A stretch of DNA of 64,000 nt from an uncultured bacterium (GTDB lineage: Bacteria; Oederibacteriota; JAAXVQ01; JAUVAV01): the NCBI GenBank assembly GCA_964630235.1, contig CAZVUO010000001.1:360294-424293 (forward strand). Reading direction: 5' to 3'. The number at the start of each line of letters is the position of its first letter. Position 1 is the first letter of the stretch. The notes below the pieces were generated by a model. It ran no database searches. It saw nothing but the letters and a program-made list of their open reading frames with translations, and was not told the origin of the DNA. Positions 1-8,473 of this stretch are shown in pieces. A program made the translations under genes and the position numbers.

Positions 1-1
1 G

Positions 2-868
2 CAGGCGCGCCAGAAACAGCGGCCGGATCTCGATTTGCGGCCGCTGTCCAAACCCTGGCCGGCAGTGAAAACCAACCGGCCCCACCCGCCGTGGGACCGG
101 TGGAACCGCGGCCTCAGCCGGCGTTTGTCCGCCGGACAACCGGTGGTCGCGCTGGCCGGTCCGCAATGGTCGTCGCCAATTTGGGATTATTTTCTGCAGA
201 GTTTCCGGCTGCTGCCGCGGACCGACGGCCATTTCTTCGCGGCCGGGAAACCCGTCTGGGCTTACGAAGTCCGGCACCTGTCCCTGCCCCAGTCAGGGCT
301 GTCCAGCCGCGTGGGACTGCAGCCCTTTGGCGAGCTCGCCGGTCCCCTGCGCCTTCTGGCCGCTGAAGTGCTGACGCCGTCTAATGGGCCGGGATCGGTA
401 TTGACCCTCTCCTTGCACTGGCAGTTTAAGCCCAACCCCCGACCGGCGCCACAAGCCGGCGCACTCAAAATCAGTACGCCACCAGCCGGCGCACTCAAAA
501 TCAGTACGCCACAAGCCGGCGGTGACCGCTGGCTGGTGCACTTCTGGATCCAGCCGCCGGCCGGGACCCCGGCAACTTTCCGGCCCTGGAAGGCCACGCG
601 CCGGCTGGGATACTGGCCTCCGCCTTCCTGGGCTTTCGCGCCGGGCAGCCTGGAAGAGCACTACCAGTTAGCCGTGCCGCCGGATCTGCCGGCCGGACGC
701 TACCAGGTCAAGCTGAAGGTGGCGCCGCAAGCCGCGCCCCGCCGTCCGCGGTCCACCCTGCAGGTGACGCGTCCGGCTCGCTATTTTTCCGTTTGCGAGT
801 TCCGGGTGCTGGATTTAGATTCCACGACCGGATCACTGAACCGGCCGATCGTGGTGCCGGGAAAGTAG
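2..868 (+). CDS. Hypothetical protein, 5'-partial. The frame is open to the window edge and the listed start at 35 is TTG. It contains a tandem 10-aa repeat AGALKISTP(P/Q).
   Basis: Long ORF with high GC3 codon bias. No recognisable motif. The 3' end overlaps the convergent SpoIID gene by ~88 nt, so one of the two ends is uncertain. Confidence 0.4.
   Translation, partial: QARQKQRPDLDLRPLSKPWPAVKTNRPHPPWDRWNRGLSRRLSAGQPVVALAGPQWSSPIWDYFLQSFRLLPRTDGHFFAAGKPVWAYEVRHLSLPQSGLSSRVGLQPFGELAGPLRLLAAEVLTPSNGPGSVLTLSLHWQFKPNPRPAPQAGALKISTPPAGALKISTPQAGGDRWLVHFWIQPPAGTPATFRPWKATRRLGYWPPPSWAFAPGSLEEHYQLAVPPDLPAGRYQVKLKVAPQAAPRRPRSTLQVTRPARYFSVCEFRVLDLDSTTGSLNRPIVVPGK
453..523 (+). repeat. About 2.4 copies of a perfect 30-bp tandem direct repeat (caagccggcgcactcaaaatcagtacgcca) inside the ORF.
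   Basis: Read directly at 453-482 and 483-512, with a partial third copy at 513-523. Confidence 0.8.
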
Positions 869-2106
869 TGCTGCAGGATATCTTGATAGGAAAAACCCAG
901 TTGCGCCATGCCCCGGGCGCCCCATTGGCACATCCCCACGCCGTGCCCCAAGCCTCTGCCTTCCACCTTAAACTGGCCGTCTTCCACCCGCAGCGTGTAG
1001 AACGTGCTCAGCAGGCGGCGTCCGAACTCCGCGTTGAGCCAACCGCGGAACGCGGCGGCCGCCACGGTTTGTTCTCCGCGGTCCGTGTCCAGCCAGATCC
1101 GCGTCGCGCGGCCCGAACGGTTGACCGCATCCACCTTGACGTCCCTGAGACTGGCGTCCGGCGCGATCGCCTCGCGCCGCTTCAGCACGCGTTCCACGTG
1201 CTTAAGCGAAGTCCACAATTTCCAGCGCGCGTAAGGCGAGTGGTCGCAATACGCGCGCCGGCCCGGGCGAAAACGGTCTTCCACGCGCCGCAGGTAGGGA
1301 TAGCGGGCGCCGGGCCAAACATCCTCGACGAAGGCGGTATTGCCGCCGCAGGTGCTGTGATAAAAAGCCTCGGCCGGCTTGCCATCCGCGAGCAGCACCT
1401 CCCCCAGCGTCATCTTGACCGCGTCCTCGGCCCGGCCGGACACCTTCTTGCGGCCGCGATAAGCCTGGCAGTGGGGACCGTCGCAAAAATGGTAGCCGTA
1501 GCGCGCGTGCCGGTTGAGGTTGGCCAGGGACCAGGTGCGCGCCACCACGGCCTGGGCTTTGAGCGCTTCCAGGGTGAAATGGTCCGGGTCCATTTCCTCG
1601 GGCAGCACGCGGGCGAGATATAACTCCAGGGGCAGATGGTTGATCAGGGCAAGCTGGCCGTATTTCACGGACAGGCTCATGGCCTGGGCGCCGTAATTCC
1701 GACGCCTGCCGTATTCCGGAAGCACCACGGAAAAATTTTTGACCTCGTATCCGGGCACCCGCACCACCAGGCTGGAATAGGCCTTGGCTTCGCGCGCGGC
1801 TTTCGCGCCGGGTTTGACCGCGAGGGCCACTTTATTCCCGCGAAGGCGGAAATAGAATTTATTGACGGCCGGAAGCTCCAGCGGCTGTCCGTCGGGACCC
1901 GCCACCAGCAGCGGACTGCCGTCCCAGGCCAGCTGCACCTGGGTGAAGGGAAGTTTGCGCCAGAGGCGGATGAGGATCTCGGGGCCGGAAGACAGCGAGC
2001 GCCGGGACCACAGCGGCGGCGAGGGCGTTCCCTGGCAGCCCGCAAGCAGTATGCTCAGCGCCAGGGCGCAGCACGCCAGGTGTCTGGCAGGATGCGGATC
2101 AGGCAC
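781..2106 (-). CDS. SpoIID/LytB-domain lipoprotein (peptidoglycan lytic transglycosylase-like).
   Basis: Signal peptide plus lipobox (LLAGC). The C-terminal motif GLGHGVGMCQWGA...YQDILQHYFPGT is typical of the SpoIID family. GTG start. Confidence 0.85.
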   Translation of the reverse strand: MPDPHPARHLACCALALSILLAGCQGTPSPPLWSRRSLSSGPEILIRLWRKLPFTQVQLAWDGSPLLVAGPDGQPLELPAVNKFYFRLRGNKVALAVKPGAKAAREAKAYSSLVVRVPGYEVKNFSVVLPEYGRRRNYGAQAMSLSVKYGQLALINHLPLELYLARVLPEEMDPDHFTLEALKAQAVVARTWSLANLNRHARYGYHFCDGPHCQAYRGRKKVSGRAEDAVKMTLGEVLLADGKPAEAFYHSTCGGNTAFVEDVWPGARYPYLRRVEDRFRPGRRAYCDHSPYARWKLWTSLKHVERVLKRREAIAPDASLRDVKVDAVNRSGRATRIWLDTDRGEQTVAAAAFRGWLNAEFGRRLLSTFYTLRVEDGQFKVEGRGLGHGVGMCQWGARGMAQLGFSYQDILQHYFPGTTIGRFSDPVVESKSSTRNSQTEK

Positions 2107-2455
2107 GTTTTTTACGGGGAACGGCCTTCTTGCGCCGCGGCGCAGGAGCGCGGTGGTTGCTGGGGTGCAACTTGAGGATGTTTTTTTCCTCGGGGGTCAG
2201 GTCCTTGAGAATGGTGGTCAGCCGGATATTGCGCGCGATGAATTGAAGCCGGTTGGCGATCTCGTGTTCCTTGAGACGGGGATCCGCGGCCTTGAGGCGC
2301 ATGGCCGTTTTCGCGGCCAGGAGCACGGCGTGCCCCATGTGTTCCACGGGGTTCTGGTGCAGGATGAGCTTGAGGCTTTCGCTGAACGCGCCCAGGTACT
2401 CCTCGAGGTTGCGCGGATTGTTGGCTTCTTCCAGAATGGTGAGATAACGGCGCAT
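2099..2455 (-). CDS. Hypothetical small protein with a basic C-terminus.
   Basis: 118-codon ORF with genome-typical GC3 codon usage. Its stop overlaps the SpoIID start (GTGCCTGA). No recognisable domain. Confidence 0.5.
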   Translation of the reverse strand: MRRYLTILEEANNPRNLEEYLGAFSESLKLILHQNPVEHMGHAVLLAAKTAMRLKAADPRLKEHEIANRLQFIARNIRLTTILKDLTPEEKNILKLHPSNHRAPAPRRKKAVPRKKRA

Positions 2456-2623
2456 AAAGCCCCCCGGCGGAGTGAAGGTGAACTTATTTTACACCGGGTC
2501 CGGGCCAAACTCAATCCTTTATAGCCGGCCCTCCTGCCTGCCCCCGGAAATGACCAGGTTGAAATTACGCATGGCGAGCAAGGCCGCATACAGCCAATTT
2601 TCCATTCCTGCCTCCTTGTTTTT

Positions 2624-2679
2624 CGTCATACCGGCCCAGTCCTGGCGGATCTGGGCCAGGGCGGAAGCCGGTATCCAGG
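2624..2679. repeat. REP-like hairpin unit (cgtcataccggc ... gccggtatccagg), copy D of the intergenic repeat family.
   Basis: Reverse complement of hairpin 2 of the elements at 16941-17037 and 40196-40291, with an enlarged loop. Confidence 0.4.
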
Positions 2680-2763
2680 CAGAACATTCAACAGCTCTTT
2701 CTGGACCCCGGCTCCCTTCGGGCCGGGGAGACGATCAAATTTGAAAACCCCTCCTACGCGGGA

Positions 2764-3681
2764 TCAAAAGGCGGTCGTGCGGTAGTCCGGGATCAGCGGC
2801 GCGCGGGTCACGAAGCGGTCATAGACCCACAGCAGGCCGTTGGCCGCGGCCAGCACGGCCAGCCCGGCCATGCCGGTCAGGCCCGTGGACAGGTCGCTCC
2901 CGCCCGTGAGCATCATGAAGGAGATACCGGCCGTGGCGTTGAGCGTGCCGTGCATGATGGCGGCCGGCACCACCGAGCGGCTGCGGGCGCGCACGTACAT
3001 GATCAGGGGCGTGAACAGGATGGTGAAATAGACCATATAAAATACGCCTTCGCGCGGGTGCTCGGGATAGTTGTGCCCGAGCAGGATCAGGGGGGCGTGC
3101 CAGATACCCCAGATCAGCCCAATGAAGGCCGCCGAGCGCCAGAATCCCAGGAACTGCAGGTCGCGCTGCAGAAGTCCCCGCCAGCCGGATTCCTCGCCGA
3201 ACCCGGCCACCGCGTTCACCGTGGCGCCGGCCACCAGCCCCTGGACGAGCGTCAGCCAAAGGGGATGCACGGGCAGGGCCGCGGCCTGCTGGCGCATGAC
3301 CTCGACCTGGGCCGGCGAGAATTGTCCGCTGAAGCGCTCGTACATGCCCTCCATGGCCCAGGACCATTCCACGCCCGGCACCAGGAGCGAGGCGAACAAC
3401 GCCGCCAGGGAAAGGACCACGGGCAGGAGCCAACCCACGAACCACCAGGCATTGAGCTTGAAGGAGAGGCCCAGCGGCTCCCGGACCGGCTGGCGCAGGA
3501 TGAATTTCTGGACGAGCAGGACCGAGCACAGGGGCATGAACATATAGACAATGGCCACCGCGATGGCCGCCGGGTGGCGGAACGGGAGTTTGAAGCCGTA
3601 GAACACCACGCCGGCCAAACCCCAGCTGAGGAGGAAAGTGAACGCCAGGAACCAGACCGCGCTTTTCAGACGCGTCAGCAT
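2764..3681 (-). CDS. CPBP-family (CAAX/Abi) intramembrane glutamic protease.
   Basis: Multi-pass membrane protein carrying an EExxxR motif (GEESGWRGLLQ) and an FxxxH motif (WGIWHAPL). ATG start verified. Confidence 0.8.
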   Translation of the reverse strand: MLTRLKSAVWFLAFTFLLSWGLAGVVFYGFKLPFRHPAAIAVAIVYMFMPLCSVLLVQKFILRQPVREPLGLSFKLNAWWFVGWLLPVVLSLAALFASLLVPGVEWSWAMEGMYERFSGQFSPAQVEVMRQQAAALPVHPLWLTLVQGLVAGATVNAVAGFGEESGWRGLLQRDLQFLGFWRSAAFIGLIWGIWHAPLILLGHNYPEHPREGVFYMVYFTILFTPLIMYVRARSRSVVPAAIMHGTLNATAGISFMMLTGGSDLSTGLTGMAGLAVLAAANGLLWVYDRFVTRAPLIPDYRTTAF

Positions 3682-3712
3682 CGAATTCTTTCCCCCTCGG
3701 GGAGCGATTATT

Positions 3713-3783
3713 TACTGGACCCCGGCTTGCGCCGGGGTGACTAAAAATAGGTAGTCATTCCGGCGAAAGCCGGAATCCAGAAA
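3713..3783. repeat. REP/MITE-like paired hairpins, copy C. The first hairpin (ggaccccggcttgcgccggggtgac) is inverted; the second is gtcattccggcgaaagccggaatccag.
   Basis: Shares the cgtcaNNccgg-loop-ccggN'N'tccag architecture with copies at 16941-17037 and 40196-40291. Confidence 0.5.
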
Positions 3784-3792
3784 TATTCAGTA

Positions 3793-4386
3793 TTATTTCA
3801 GCCCCCGGCTCCCGGGCTTGACCGCGGGCGAACCCTGTTTGCACAGGGGACACGCATCCGCCGGGTACAGGTCCGCGGTGACTTTCAGGAGCGAGGTCAG
3901 CGGCGCGCCCAGCTCCGGCGGCTTGGCGCTGCGGTCCACCAGGCAGCCTACTCCGATCACGCCGCAACCCGCGGCCTGGGCCAGGGCCGCGGCCTCCTGC
4001 ACCGAACCGCCGGTGGTCACCACGTCCTCCACGGCCAGGACCCGCTCGCCAGGCTTGAGGCTGAACCCCCGGCGCAATACCATGCGGCCATCCACGCGCT
4101 CGCAGAAGATGGCGCGCACGTTCTTTTGCCCCTGTCGGTACAGTGCCTGCGCCACTTCCTGGGCCAGCACGATGCCGCCCACGGCCGGCCCCAGGACCGC
4201 GTCCACTGCTTGGCCTGTAAACCGCCCGGCCAGGGCGCCAGCCAGCCGGCTGGCATGCGCGGGATACTGGGTCACCAGGGCGCACTGCAGGTAACGGTTG
4301 GAATGGCTGCCCGAGGTGAGCACGAAGTGTCCGGTGAGCAGGGCGCCGGCCTCCTCGAACAGGGATCGAACTTCCGCTTCGGTCAT
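3793..4386 (-). CDS. pyrE: Orotate phosphoribosyltransferase.
   Basis: PRTase motif VLAVEDVVTTGGS with PyrE-like length. ATG overlaps the pyrF stop (ATGA). Confidence 0.9.
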   Translation of the reverse strand: MTEAEVRSLFEEAGALLTGHFVLTSGSHSNRYLQCALVTQYPAHASRLAGALAGRFTGQAVDAVLGPAVGGIVLAQEVAQALYRQGQKNVRAIFCERVDGRMVLRRGFSLKPGERVLAVEDVVTTGGSVQEAAALAQAAGCGVIGVGCLVDRSAKPPELGAPLTSLLKVTADLYPADACPLCKQGSPAVKPGSRGLK

Positions 4387-5114
4387 CGCAAGTGCTCCTC
4401 CATCTCATGGTAAATGGCGCGCACCACGGCCAGGGGGTCCCGCGCCTCGTACACCGGCCGCCCCACGACCAGGTAGTCCGCGCCTGCGGCCATGGCCTGG
4501 CCCGGCGTCATGGTGCGCTTCTGGTCGTTGAGGCTCGCGCCAGCCGGCCGGATGCCCGGCGTGAGAATGACGAAATCCCGGCCGCAGGCCCGGCGCACGG
4601 CCGCGATCTCCTGCGGACTGGCCACCACGCCGTCCAGGCCCGCGGCCTTGGCCAGGCGCGCGAGCTGGACCACTTGGGATTGGAGCCGGAGCCGCACGCC
4701 CAGTTCTTTCGTCAGATTGGCCTGGGTCAGGGACGTGAGCACGGTCACGCCCAGGACCAGGGTCCGGGGCTGGCGCAGCTTGTGCGCCACATCGCGCGCC
4801 GCCTGGGCCGCGGCCGCCATCATCTCCTTGCCGCCGCTGGCGTGCACGTTCACGATGGTGGCGCCAATGCGGCAGGCCGCGGCCACGGCCGCGCCGACCG
4901 TGCGCGGGATGTCGTGAAACTTGGCGTCGTAAAACACGCCGAAACCGCGGCGGCGGACGTGCATCACCGCCTCCGGTCCAGCGGAGGTGAGCAGCTGTGT
5001 TCCCAGTTTGTACTGCGTGACCACGCCTTGCATGCGGCTCATCAGGTGGTCCGCAGCCTTGAGGTCGTCCACGTCCAGCGCGATGAAGAGGCGGTCTTTG
5101 GGTTTGACGTTCAT
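4383..5114 (-). CDS. pyrF: Orotidine-5'-phosphate decarboxylase.
   Basis: Motifs FIALDV...YKLG and DAKFHDIP...TVLTS are characteristic of OMP decarboxylase. Confidence 0.9.
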   Translation of the reverse strand: MNVKPKDRLFIALDVDDLKAADHLMSRMQGVVTQYKLGTQLLTSAGPEAVMHVRRRGFGVFYDAKFHDIPRTVGAAVAAACRIGATIVNVHASGGKEMMAAAAQAARDVAHKLRQPRTLVLGVTVLTSLTQANLTKELGVRLRLQSQVVQLARLAKAAGLDGVVASPQEIAAVRRACGRDFVILTPGIRPAGASLNDQKRTMTPGQAMAAGADYLVVGRPVYEARDPLAVVRAIYHEMEEHLR

Positions 5115-6193
5115 GGATTATGGGTTCCTTTCTGTTCCGGGGACGGGTCCACAATGACCAGGCGGCTGTCGCGCAAGCGCCGGCCGGCGGCGTCTTTTGC
5201 CGTCACCATCAGCAGATCCGTGCCGCGCTGCCACGGTTTGGGCAGGGAGGCCACCCAGCGGCCTGACGCGGCGTCGAAGCGCAGGGGCAGGGCTTGGTTC
5301 TGGCGGGTCACGGCCAGGGTCTTGAGGTTAAGGCCCTTGGCTTGTTCCGGATCAAGGCTGAACGCCACGGTGGTGAGCGGCCCGGCCACCCGTGCGCCCA
5401 GGCCCGGTTCCCAGCCGCTGGTGCGCAGGGGCTGTTCCGCGAGCAGGGCCCGGAAGGTCACGGGCTTGGTGCCGCGCAGGATCATGGTGCGTTTGAGCGC
5501 ATGGCGGGGGGATCCGGGATGGTTGGGGCCCGGATCCACGGTGAACATCAGTGTATACCCCGCGGCCCGCGCTGCATCCGCCACCTCCTGGTCCCACAAG
5601 CCGTACGGGTAGGAGAGCGCGGTGACCTCCCCGCCCGACCAGGCCTGGAGTTTTTCCCGCGAGCCTTTCAACTCGCGTGTCAGCCGTACGCGCCGCTGCT
5701 CCGGCGTTTCGCCTTGGGGACGGCGCGTGAGATACGCGTGCGTGTCCGAGTGCGAGCCGATCTCCACGCCCTTGGCCTGCAGTTCGGCCAAGGCTTGGCG
5801 GGTGAGTCCGGCGCGCGCGCCCACGAAAGCCGGGTACACGAACAGCGCGGCCGGGAATCCCCTGGCCGCGAGCAAGGGCTGCGCCACGGCGAGAAAATCC
5901 TTGTATCCGTCGTCCGCGGTAATGACCACGGGTTTGGTTGGCAGCAGGGCCGGGTCGCTCAGCCCCGCGGACAGGGTTTGCAGGGAGATCGGCGTGAAGC
6001 CTTCGGCTTGCATGAGGTCCAGCTGGGCCGCGAATTCCTCGGGTGTGAGTGAAAAAGCGTCCGGCGCGCCCGCGCCGCCGAAACGGTGGTAGCACAGCAC
6101 GGGGATGGCCGTGTTCTCCGCCCGCGCGCAAGCCGCGGCGCCGAGGGCAAGCACCGCGAGAAACGCCGTCCGGAGCGCGCGCGGGAGGCTCAT
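5111..6193 (-). CDS. Polysaccharide deacetylase (NodB-homology) family protein, secreted.
   Basis: Signal peptide, then TADDGYKDF...GSHSDTHAYL...SYPYG, which are NodB-fold motifs. The start was chosen at the internal ATG because it makes an ATGA overlap with the upstream PAP2 stop. The longer listed ORF N-terminus is an antisense overlap. Confidence 0.8.
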   Translation of the reverse strand: MSLPRALRTAFLAVLALGAAACARAENTAIPVLCYHRFGGAGAPDAFSLTPEEFAAQLDLMQAEGFTPISLQTLSAGLSDPALLPTKPVVITADDGYKDFLAVAQPLLAARGFPAALFVYPAFVGARAGLTRQALAELQAKGVEIGSHSDTHAYLTRRPQGETPEQRRVRLTRELKGSREKLQAWSGGEVTALSYPYGLWDQEVADAARAAGYTLMFTVDPGPNHPGSPRHALKRTMILRGTKPVTFRALLAEQPLRTSGWEPGLGARVAGPLTTVAFSLDPEQAKGLNLKTLAVTRQNQALPLRFDAASGRWVASLPKPWQRGTDLLMVTAKDAAGRRLRDSRLVIVDPSPEQKGTHNP

Positions 6194-6765
6194 GCGGCGC
6201 CCAGCCCGAGCAGCGGCTTGAGGCGCAGCAGCAGCCAGCCGATCAGCGTGCCGGCCGCGTAGCCGCAGAGCACGTCCGCCGGGTAGTGTCCGCCTGAATA
6301 GACCGTGCCCAGGCCGATCAGCAGGGCGAAGCCGAGCGCCGGCCAGCGCAAGGCCGGTTCGAGGCTCCAGACCACCACGGCCAAGGCTGCGGCGCTGGCC
6401 GAATGGGTGGAGGGAAAAGATAAGGACACCTGCGACAGATCGTTCAGGGCCACGCACAAGCGCACTCCCTCCTGGCGCAAAAACGGCCGGGGACGGTTGA
6501 AGAAGAGTTTGAGCCATGTATTGTGCGCCAGCTGGGTCAGCAGGACCGCCGCGGTTCCCCACCCGGCCACCAGGACGAGACGCCGCCAACCCGCGGCCAG
6601 AAGGAACGCCGCGGCCGCGCCCACCAGCACCCCCAAAATCACCTGGTCCCGCGCCAGCCAGTACGTCAGGTCCGCGAGCGGACGCCAATACAGTTCCTGG
6701 TTGATGAGCCGGAATCCAGCCGCGTCCCATCCGACCGCCTGGGCCATCAGCGCCTGCCAGTTCAT
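6190..6765 (-). CDS. PAP2-family membrane phosphatase (undecaprenyl-diphosphatase / lipid phosphatase-like).
   Basis: Multi-pass membrane protein with the PAP2 motifs PSTHS and SGGHYPAD. ATG verified. Confidence 0.75.
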   Translation of the reverse strand: MNWQALMAQAVGWDAAGFRLINQELYWRPLADLTYWLARDQVILGVLVGAAAAFLLAAGWRRLVLVAGWGTAAVLLTQLAHNTWLKLFFNRPRPFLRQEGVRLCVALNDLSQVSLSFPSTHSASAAALAVVVWSLEPALRWPALGFALLIGLGTVYSGGHYPADVLCGYAAGTLIGWLLLRLKPLLGLGAA

Positions 6766-7691
6766 ACGCGTCCCGCTCCGATCAGGGGCTTGAGGTTAGG
6801 GAGTCCCTGGCCACGCAGATAGCGCGCCAGCCCCTGCGCGATCTCCTCTCCCGCGCGGGGATCGCGGAACGTGGCCGTACCCACCTGCACCGCGCTGGCG
6901 CCGGCCAGGAAGAATTCCAGCGCGTCCTCCGTGGTCTCGATGCCGCCGCAACCCACCACCGGTATTTTCACCGCGCCGGCCGCGCGGTAGACATGGTACA
7001 AGGCCACGGGCTTCACGGCCGGGCCGGAGAGCCCGCCGCTGACATTGCCCAGCACGGGCCGTTTCCGCTTCAGATCCATGCGCAGGCCGCGCAGGGTGTT
7101 GATGAGCGTGACCGCGTCCGCGCCCGCGGCCTCGGCCGCGCGGGCCAGGGGAACGGTATCCGCGACATTGGGCGTAAGCTTCACCCACAGGGGCCGCCGC
7201 GTGGCTTTGCGCACCGCGGCCACCAGCCGCCCCAGCACGCGGGGTTCGCGGCCGAATTCCAATCCTCCGTGGCTGACATTGGGGCAGGAGATGTTGAGCT
7301 CCAGGCCGGCCAGTCCGTCCAAACGGTCCAGACGCCGCGCCACGGCCACATATTCGGCCTGCGTGGCGCCGGCCACATTGGCCAGCACCGCGCAGGGCAG
7401 GTTGCGCGCGCGCGCCCACTTGTCTTCGCAAAAGCGCTGCACGCCCACGTTGGCCAGGCCGATGGCATTGAGCATGCCCTGGCTGCACTCGGCCACGCGG
7501 GGCATGGGGTTGCCAACCCGGGGCTCCAGGGTCAGGCTTTTCAGGATCACGCCGCCCAAGCGGGAGAAGTTCACCAGGCCGGCCAGGTCCGCGCCGTAGC
7601 CGCACGTGCCGGACGCGAGCAGCACGGGCGCGGCCAGGCGCACGCGGCCCACCGTGCAGGCCAGGGAAGGCCGAGAGGCGCGCGGCCTCAT
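6762..7691 (-). CDS. pyrD: Dihydroorotate dehydrogenase, catalytic subunit (class 1B).
   Basis: Motifs ASGTCGYG...NISCPN...GGL typical of PyrD. The start was trimmed to the ATG that overlaps the pyrK stop (ATGA). Confidence 0.9.
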   Translation of the reverse strand: MRPRASRPSLACTVGRVRLAAPVLLASGTCGYGADLAGLVNFSRLGGVILKSLTLEPRVGNPMPRVAECSQGMLNAIGLANVGVQRFCEDKWARARNLPCAVLANVAGATQAEYVAVARRLDRLDGLAGLELNISCPNVSHGGLEFGREPRVLGRLVAAVRKATRRPLWVKLTPNVADTVPLARAAEAAGADAVTLINTLRGLRMDLKRKRPVLGNVSGGLSGPAVKPVALYHVYRAAGAVKIPVVGCGGIETTEDALEFFLAGASAVQVGTATFRDPRAGEEIAQGLARYLRGQGLPNLKPLIGAGRV

Positions 7692-8473
7692 GGCCTGCTC
7701 CAGTCCACGTCCGCCGCGTTGAACACCGGACCGTCCTTGCACACCCGCTGGTAACTTCCCCTCACCGTGACGACACAGCCATTGCAAACGCCCAAGCCGC
7801 AGGCCATGACCTCTTCCAGCGAGACTTCGGCGGGGACCCGGTACTGGGCGGCGAGCTTGGCCACGGCCGCCAGCATGGCGTGTGGGCCACAGGCCGCGAT
7901 GCGGACCGGCTTGAGCGCGGCACGCAGGCGTTGTTCCAACAGGCCCGTGACCAAACCGCGGATTCCGAAGCTACCGTCCTCTGTCGCGCACGACCGGGAT
8001 ATTGACCCGCTCTTTGGACCTGCTCTTGAGCTTGACCGGGACAACGCCAGCAGGAGGTCGTCCTCGCATCCCGCGCCCTGCAGGATTTCCACGCTCCGGC
8101 CCTGTGCTCTCAGGTTTTCGGCAAGGAAGAGCAGCGGGGCAACGCCGTAACCGCCGCCGACCAGGAGCCAGTCCCCGCGCCCCGCCACCGTGAAGCCGCG
8201 GCCCAGGGGGCCGATGAGGTCAAGGTTGTCTCCCTGCTCGAGCGCCGCGATCAGGCTGGTGCCTGGTCCCACGGCCTTGATCAACAGTTCGATCGTGCGC
8301 CGGCCGTCGCTTTGGCACACGCCGAACGGGCGCCGCCAGAACGGCGCGTTCGCGCCAGCCGCCTGCGCCATCACAAACTGGCCGGGCTGAACGCGGCGCG
8401 CGATCGCGGCCGCTTCCAGGCGCAGGCGGGCGTAGGGGCCTGACCGTTTGACACCGAGCACGCGGCAGTTCAT
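7688..8473 (-). CDS. pyrK: Dihydroorotate dehydrogenase electron-transfer subunit.
   Basis: FAD/NAD-binding fold with a C-terminal Cys cluster (CGLGVCNGC) for [2Fe-2S]. The start was trimmed to the ATG that overlaps the pyrC stop. Confidence 0.85.
   Translation of the reverse strand: MNCRVLGVKRSGPYARLRLEAAAIARRVQPGQFVMAQAAGANAPFWRRPFGVCQSDGRRTIELLIKAVGPGTSLIAALEQGDNLDLIGPLGRGFTVAGRGDWLLVGGGYGVAPLLFLAENLRAQGRSVEILQGAGCEDDLLLALSRSSSRAGPKSGSISRSCATEDGSFGIRGLVTGLLEQRLRAALKPVRIAACGPHAMLAAVAKLAAQYRVPAEVSLEEVMACGLGVCNGCVVTVRGSYQRVCKDGPVFNAADVDWSRP

Noticed and set aside
2472-2744. 90-codon plus-strand ORF in the gap between the hypothetical gene and the CPBP gene.
   Set aside because: No SD, atypical composition, and it spans the REP-like hairpin copy D. 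Most likely non-coding.
7960-8040. Oddly low-complexity segment (LSRSSSRAGPKSGSISRS) inside PyrK, suggestive of a local frameshift.
   Set aside because: The alternative frames do not give a more PyrK-like sequence, and the catalytic motifs on both sides stay in frame. This is most likely a genuine variable linker; it cannot be resolved without an alignment.
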